Under the pieces are notes generated by a model. It saw only the letters and a list, made by a program, of their open reading frames with translations, was not told the DNA's origin and did no database searches. A stretch of DNA of 64,000 bases from Leptospirales bacterium (GTDB lineage Bacteria > Spirochaetota > Leptospiria > Turneriellales > JAOUFE01), in contig JBEQLE010000010.1 of the NCBI GenBank assembly GCA_040326155.1, forward strand, positions 1 through 64,000. Reading direction: 5' to 3'. Below are positions 58,945 through 64,000 of the stretch, in pieces (the stretch's first letter is position 1; the number at the start of each line of letters is the position of its first letter). The position numbers and the translations under genes are program-made.

Positions 58945-59762
58945 TAGAGCTTAAAATCTTCCCCCAGATAAATTTCCTTGGCTTTTTTATCTCGAATCAG
59001 TTTATCAGCAGTTCCTTCAATCAACACTTCCCCGTCAAACATGATGTAAGCGCGGTCGGTAATAGACAAAGTTTCACGTACATTATGGTCGGTAATTAAA
59101 ATACCAAGATTTTTTTCTTTTAAGTGCGTAATAATTCTTTGAATTTCTCTTACTGCAATCGGGTCAACTCCCGCAAACGGCTCATCCAGTAGTATAAACT
59201 TCGGATCGGAAGCAAGAGTCCGGGCTATTTCAGCTCTTCTGCGCTCTCCGCCCGATAAAGTCATACCAAATTGCCCTTGAACATGGGTTATGTCGAACTC
59301 TTTCAATAGATGATCAGTACGTGTTTTGATTTCGGTTTTATCTAGTTTTCGCAGTTCAAAAATAGATTCAATATTTTGACGAACGGTTAATTTACGAAAT
59401 ATGGATGGTTCTTGCGCCAGATAACCAATACCCTCTCGGGCTCTTTTATACATTGGCAATTCGGTAATTTCATGCGCTCCCAGAAAAATTTTTCCCTCGG
59501 TTTGTTTCACCAGACCCATCGTCATATAAAATGATGTAGTTTTACCAGCCCCATTTGGACCAAGTAAACCGACAACCTCACCCTGGGCAATTTGAAAAGA
59601 GACGCCTTTTACAACCATTCGTTTACCGTATCTTTTTTTTAAACCTTCCACCCGAAGAATTAAATTCGACTCAAAGGCATATCCATCTGCTTTTGTTTTC
59701 TTCGCCGTAGATTTTCGAGTCACATTCTTTAGCTTCTTCGCTATTGTGGTTTTTATAGCCAT
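58944..59762 (-). CDS. lptB: LPS export ABC ATPase
   Basis: GPNGAGKTTSFY, YLAQEPSIFRKL, LSGGERRR, DEPFAGVDP, ITDHNVRETL; upstream of rpoN. Confidence 0.95.
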   Translation of the reverse strand: MAIKTTIAKKLKNVTRKSTAKKTKADGYAFESNLILRVEGLKKRYGKRMVVKGVSFQIAQGEVVGLLGPNGAGKTTSFYMTMGLVKQTEGKIFLGAHEITELPMYKRAREGIGYLAQEPSIFRKLTVRQNIESIFELRKLDKTEIKTRTDHLLKEFDITHVQGQFGMTLSGGERRRAEIARTLASDPKFILLDEPFAGVDPIAVREIQRIITHLKEKNLGILITDHNVRETLSITDRAYIMFDGEVLIEGTADKLIRDKKAKEIYLGEDFKL

Positions 59763-59917
59763 AAATAAATACTTTTAACCGGCAATCAACTTGTCAAGGC
59801 GTTCTATAAAGGAAAAAGTTTCTATGATGCGCTTCTTATAAGTTAAGTTTTGGGTGATTTCCCTTTCAAAAAGGTTGACACCTCCATTGAGTCCAAATAT
59901 CAAGTGTCAAATTCAAT

Positions 59918-60892
59918 ATGAACAAACCGACTTTAAAATACCGTTCCCAAAAATATATCGGAAAAATCGATAACGAAATTCAGAATATCCTGGGAGATGA
60001 GATTTTTTTAATTACCAAATTGAAAGAATATATCGTCGAAAGTGGGGGAAAAAGGGTCCGGTCTATTTTGGCGTGCCTTCTAGCCGAGCTTTATGGTGAA
60101 CTTGAAGACGACATTTTTGCCCTGGCCGGAGTTGTAGAAATAATACACGCGGCGAGTTTGCTACACGACGATGTATTAGACAACTCGTCGACACGACGTG
60201 GTAAGCCCAGCGGTAAAGAGATTTTTGGTCCTAAAGAAGTTATTCTAGGCGGCGACTATATGCTTGCCTGCGCTATACGTAAGTTAAACTATTATGAAAA
60301 CCCGGCTTTAATGGATGTATTTACCAGAGTAATTCGTGACTTGTCGATTTCTGAGTTAATACAAATGGAGTATGCAAATAATCCCGACATTACCTTAGAT
60401 CTGTATTATAAAATTATTTACGGGAAAACAGCCTCTCTATTTCAAACAGCCTGTGAAGCAGTCGCTATTTACACACAAAAATCTGAAGACGAGAAACATA
60501 CGATTGGTGAATTTGGAAAAAACCTGGGTTTGCTTTTTCAGATTCGTGATGATTACCTCGACTACTTTAACAATACGTTATTAAACAAACCGGCCTTTCA
60601 GGATTTTGAAAATGGATATTATACCTACCCGGTTTTAGTCGTTCGAGAACAAGGGGGGGCAGAAGTTTCAAAACGTATCGATAATTTATTTAATTCGAAA
60701 ATTTCCAATAGAAAAGATAAAACCGTCCAAAAGGAAATTTTACAAGTTCTAAATGAACATCATGCTCAGGAACTTTCACGCAAGAAAATAAATGAACTTT
60801 TCGATTTAATACAGAAACAACTAAGCGGTTATCCTGAATCTGATTACAAAGATAAAATTACAAGTCAGATCGAAAACCTGATGGATTTTTAA
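59918..60892 (+). CDS. Polyprenyl diphosphate synthase
   Basis: GGKRVR, HAASLLHDDVLD..RRG, GKTA, FQIRDDYLD. Confidence 0.93.
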   Translation: MNKPTLKYRSQKYIGKIDNEIQNILGDEIFLITKLKEYIVESGGKRVRSILACLLAELYGELEDDIFALAGVVEIIHAASLLHDDVLDNSSTRRGKPSGKEIFGPKEVILGGDYMLACAIRKLNYYENPALMDVFTRVIRDLSISELIQMEYANNPDITLDLYYKIIYGKTASLFQTACEAVAIYTQKSEDEKHTIGEFGKNLGLLFQIRDDYLDYFNNTLLNKPAFQDFENGYYTYPVLVVREQGGAEVSKRIDNLFNSKISNRKDKTVQKEILQVLNEHHAQELSRKKINELFDLIQKQLSGYPESDYKDKITSQIENLMDF

Positions 60893-63048
60893 TCCGTTAT
60901 CTCTTCGTGGGCGCGAATCAGTCTCATGTATATTCCGGGGTTCTCCTGGATAAACTCAGTCAAATCGGTTCTTTCGATTAAATAGAGTTCCGAAGCCGTG
61001 TGTACCTTTACTGAAAATGCAGCCGGAGAATTTCTTTGTAAACTGACAATATCGCCGATAAGCTCACCTTTCTCATAACTGTGAACAACATTGTCGGCAA
61101 TAGAAGCTTCCACTTTTCCACTTACTAAAATATAAGCTGAATCCATGGTTTTACCTTGTTCTTGCAGTGTTGTGTTTGGCTCCAGCTGAACCATATTCAT
61201 CACGCCCTCAATTCGAGTTTTCTGGTGTGAGGTCATAGAACCAAATATACGAGATTTCGACAGAACATCCCATGAGTTCGATTTTCGAGCTTCAATTAAT
61301 TTGCGCAGTTCTACTTCTAGTGTTGTTCCGGTAATAAAATTCAAAAAGGCATTTCGTTCGATGGTAAGAGCATACACATCCGTTTCTGCTTCAACATCCG
61401 CTGAGCGCATTTCTCCTGTAATAACCGAAGCCTCACCGAAATATTCATAATTTCCGTAGGTTTTTTTAATATCAGACTCAATTCCCTTGACTGTAACATT
61501 ACCTGAAACAATAATAAAAAACTTATCACCGGGGGTGTCTTTTTCAATAATAAGGTCACCGCGTTTGAATTTCTCTTCTTGAATAATATTCAGAAATTCC
61601 CGGGCTTTGGTAATATTGAAATCTCGGAACAAGTCAACATGGTTTAACACATCTAGAACCTGTGTCGCAATTGCGAACTTCGGTGGAGTTATTTCCGGAT
61701 ATAAAGTGTTTTCAATTCCAAAAGTAGCCAGAGTTAAATTTGTATCTTCTGGAAAATCTTTCTGTGAAATATGGTATACCGTTATTTTCTTTTGAACCTC
61801 TTCAGGCAAAGTAGAAAGGTAAGACACGGGTGTATGCAATGGCGGTATTCCCGCTTCATGATAAATTATTTTATAATCCCAGGGAAAATTCATTAAAAAA
61901 TCATAGCGACTTTCCGGGAATATGTTTTTATCATTCATTATATTGATATTTGTGGGGTCGTTCAAGTGGTCAGAGGTGTATAAAAACGACTGGTTCTGGT
62001 AGTGCATGCGAAACCCGATTGTGGGAATCGAGTGCAGTGTATAATGATAAATAAATTTTGCCCCTTCAATAAACATTGGTTTTCCAATGGTGACAGGTTC
62101 AAAATTAAAAAGTCCATACAACTGTTTTCTCGAAAGTTTGGTCATCGCGGTATATTTTCGAATAAAACTGTCCATAATTGTAACTGTGGTATGAATCGTT
62201 ACCGGAAACTCTTCCAGAATTTTCTGGAATGTGCCAGCATCATGGTCAGCGTGAGTGTGAGTTAAAATAATATGGTCAATGAGTTTTGTATTTACATTCG
62301 ATTTACCTAACCACTCCGTTGAATTCACGGGTGGGTCGATCATAATTCCACGTCCGTTAATCCAGATTATAAAACCGGATGTATTTTGCGTTGGATCAAA
62401 ACCATGCGATGGGCCAAGACAGGTAATTCCAAACTCAGGCGGTTCAAAAGGTTCGGGTAGTCTTTCCCCGATATCGTAAATGGTATTATACCCAATTGTC
62501 AGTGGAACCTCTGCCAAAAGAACATCGTTTTCATACAGATGAAAACCTTTTTTTTCGTCCCGTACTATACGAATACTATCTAAAACAATTTCATTATCTT
62601 CAAATACACGAAACTCTACCAGGTCTTCGATGACCCGGTTGCCACGAAAAAAGTTCATCTCAGCTATCATATCAGGATAACCAGGAGTTTCTTTTCCGTG
62701 AATAAATTCATTCGTTAAATCGACATCTTCGGGTCCGAAAACTGACTCTTGCAAGACAACCATCAACTGCTCTTTTTGTTCGGCGGTACCCAGAATAATT
62801 GTCTTATCTTGTCGTAAAAAGTGATTAAAATATATAGGGAACTCCAGTTCAGCGACGGCAATTCCTTTTTCAATATTAAACATCTCTTCAGGTATTACAA
62901 AAATTTTAGGGACATTGCAAGGCATTGTCATTGTATCTTTAATCGTTTCAGGAGGGGCTCCAAATTGAATAACTCCCTGAGAGGTCTCTATCAGGTAACC
63001 TCCGCGTGGTAAATTATGAATGCCTGATTTCATTGTTGTTTCTTCCAT
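60889..63048 (-). CDS. Metallo-beta-lactamase-fold hydrolase (probable cyclic-nucleotide phosphodiesterase) with two cNMP-binding domains
   Basis: THTHADHD, HSIP, TSDH; YFGEAS..RSADV (cNMP domain 1); GELIGD (degenerate cNMP domain 2). Confidence 0.82.
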   Translation of the reverse strand: MEETTMKSGIHNLPRGGYLIETSQGVIQFGAPPETIKDTMTMPCNVPKIFVIPEEMFNIEKGIAVAELEFPIYFNHFLRQDKTIILGTAEQKEQLMVVLQESVFGPEDVDLTNEFIHGKETPGYPDMIAEMNFFRGNRVIEDLVEFRVFEDNEIVLDSIRIVRDEKKGFHLYENDVLLAEVPLTIGYNTIYDIGERLPEPFEPPEFGITCLGPSHGFDPTQNTSGFIIWINGRGIMIDPPVNSTEWLGKSNVNTKLIDHIILTHTHADHDAGTFQKILEEFPVTIHTTVTIMDSFIRKYTAMTKLSRKQLYGLFNFEPVTIGKPMFIEGAKFIYHYTLHSIPTIGFRMHYQNQSFLYTSDHLNDPTNINIMNDKNIFPESRYDFLMNFPWDYKIIYHEAGIPPLHTPVSYLSTLPEEVQKKITVYHISQKDFPEDTNLTLATFGIENTLYPEITPPKFAIATQVLDVLNHVDLFRDFNITKAREFLNIIQEEKFKRGDLIIEKDTPGDKFFIIVSGNVTVKGIESDIKKTYGNYEYFGEASVITGEMRSADVEAETDVYALTIERNAFLNFITGTTLEVELRKLIEARKSNSWDVLSKSRIFGSMTSHQKTRIEGVMNMVQLEPNTTLQEQGKTMDSAYILVSGKVEASIADNVVHSYEKGELIGDIVSLQRNSPAAFSVKVHTASELYLIERTDLTEFIQENPGIYMRLIRAHEEITD

Positions 63049-63066
63049 ATTATTTCCTTCACATCG

Positions 63067-63477
63067 TTAACAAAATTCTAGTTTACTTTGATTAATTTTT
63101 CTATAATAGCAACTCAACCTGAAGTGTCCATTTTTTTCTTTTGTATGGCAGGCTCCGCTCGATCGTAATCGAACAATATATAATATTGAGTTTTGTTCAC
63201 AATTCACTCTGGTTTCTACTAAATCGAGATATTCCCCGGAAGTTTTTCCTTTTACCCAGAGTTCATTTCGAGAGGTACTCCAAAACGTAGCGACTTTGTT
63301 TTCCAGCGCATAATCCAGTGACTCACGATTAACATAACCTAACATTAATATTTCTTTCGTTTTTTCCTCTTGCGCGACAGCAGGAATTATATCACCAGAA
63401 TTTTCTATAGCCTTTTTCAGCTTTGAAAAATCCAAATGTATATCGGTACCTTCTTCTATAAGACTTCCCGCGCTCAC
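63067..63477 (-). CDS. hisI: Phosphoribosyl-AMP cyclohydrolase
   Basis: IPAVAQ, LMLGY, WSTSRNELWVKGKTSG, NCEQNS, ACHT, SCYY. Confidence 0.9.
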   Translation of the reverse strand: MSAGSLIEEGTDIHLDFSKLKKAIENSGDIIPAVAQEEKTKEILMLGYVNRESLDYALENKVATFWSTSRNELWVKGKTSGEYLDLVETRVNCEQNSILYIVRLRSSGACHTKEKNGHFRLSCYYRKINQSKLEFC

Positions 63478-63956
63478 AAAGTTATCTCCACAGCAATTTC
63501 ACTACAATCGTCCAAATGGGGACACATTCGACATGCGTCAAATATCTTTTGTGGAAAATTATTTTTTTCGACTATGCGCATTCCAAGTTTTTGAAAAAAA
63601 ACTGGTGAGTACGTCAGTGCGAAAACTGTAAATTTACCCCTTTTGAGTTTTTTAATTTCCTTAAATATATAATCGACAATTTGAGCCCCAAAACCTTGAT
63701 TTTGCGCCGTTTCTCTTACGGCCAGAGCTCTAATCTCATACATCTTATTTTCGTATGGAACCAAAGTCGCTGTGGCAACAACTTTTCTCTCTTTCTCGAT
63801 AATCCAGGTTGTAACAATATCGGATGAAATTTCTTGTCTGGTACGCGGTAAAAGAATTTGCTTTACTGCAAATGGTTGAATAATTTGATAAATTGCATCA
63901 ACATCAGATTCCAGGGCTTTTCGTATGACAGCCTCATGCTTTGAGGTTTCTGACAT
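63474..63956 (-). CDS. GNAT acetyltransferase, short ArgA-like (N-acetylglutamate synthase)
   Basis: IRKA..DV..I, LLPR, EIRALAV, VFALTY..FF, PQKIFDACRMCP..CSEIA. Confidence 0.8.
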   Translation of the reverse strand: MSETSKHEAVIRKALESDVDAIYQIIQPFAVKQILLPRTRQEISSDIVTTWIIEKERKVVATATLVPYENKMYEIRALAVRETAQNQGFGAQIVDYIFKEIKKLKRGKFTVFALTYSPVFFQKLGMRIVEKNNFPQKIFDACRMCPHLDDCSEIAVEITL

Positions 63957-64000
63957 AGTTTATTTTTTGTACATTATTGCGCCTTGAAACTCAGAAAAGC

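Noticed and set aside
1..64000. CRISPR arrays, tRNA/rRNA genes, transposases, integrases, prophage
   Set aside because: No regularly spaced repeats, cloverleaf or rRNA-like stretches, or mobile-element ORFs were recognised by eye. The GH25 lysozyme has no phage neighbours.

Overview
Bacterial chromosomal window, Gram-negative (lpxI, lptB). Gene content and style suggest a spirochaete such as a Leptospirales member, but this is inference only. Bases ~1-16.7 kb are a visibly more AT-rich accessory block. It holds a rewired Sia-like signalling module (SiaD-stalk/PP2C, SiaB, SiaC), a papain-family (C1A) protease with a divergent chagasin-like inhibitor, and a 1760-aa kinase/AAA/GAF/PP2C sensor. 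Divergent from that sensor lie two paralogous ~90-aa peptides that both end in PAPASW, followed by three tandem cobalamin-binding radical SAM enzymes. This set recalls the proteusin gene kit (precursor, class B rSAM methyltransferases, PoyH-like protease, PoyG-like inhibitor) but with a very short predicted core and no epimerase. It is the best candidate for an undescribed RiPP system. A decayed copy of the kinase 5' end between the two precursors shows that the kinase-start/promoter/precursor unit was tandemly duplicated. The rest is mostly housekeeping (thyX-like, hisC, lpxI, radA, SNF2 helicase, dnaG, rpsU, folE, pheST, addB-like, carD-PIN/TRAM-ispDF, hslO, lptB-rpoN-hpf-hprK-ptsH, hisI, argA-like). 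Small accessory items are a Fic gene, a DUF433 antitoxin with a frameshifted PIN toxin, and a 38-bp perfect palindrome. No rRNA, tRNA, CRISPR array or transposase was seen. All calls are from motif recognition by eye; no searches were run.
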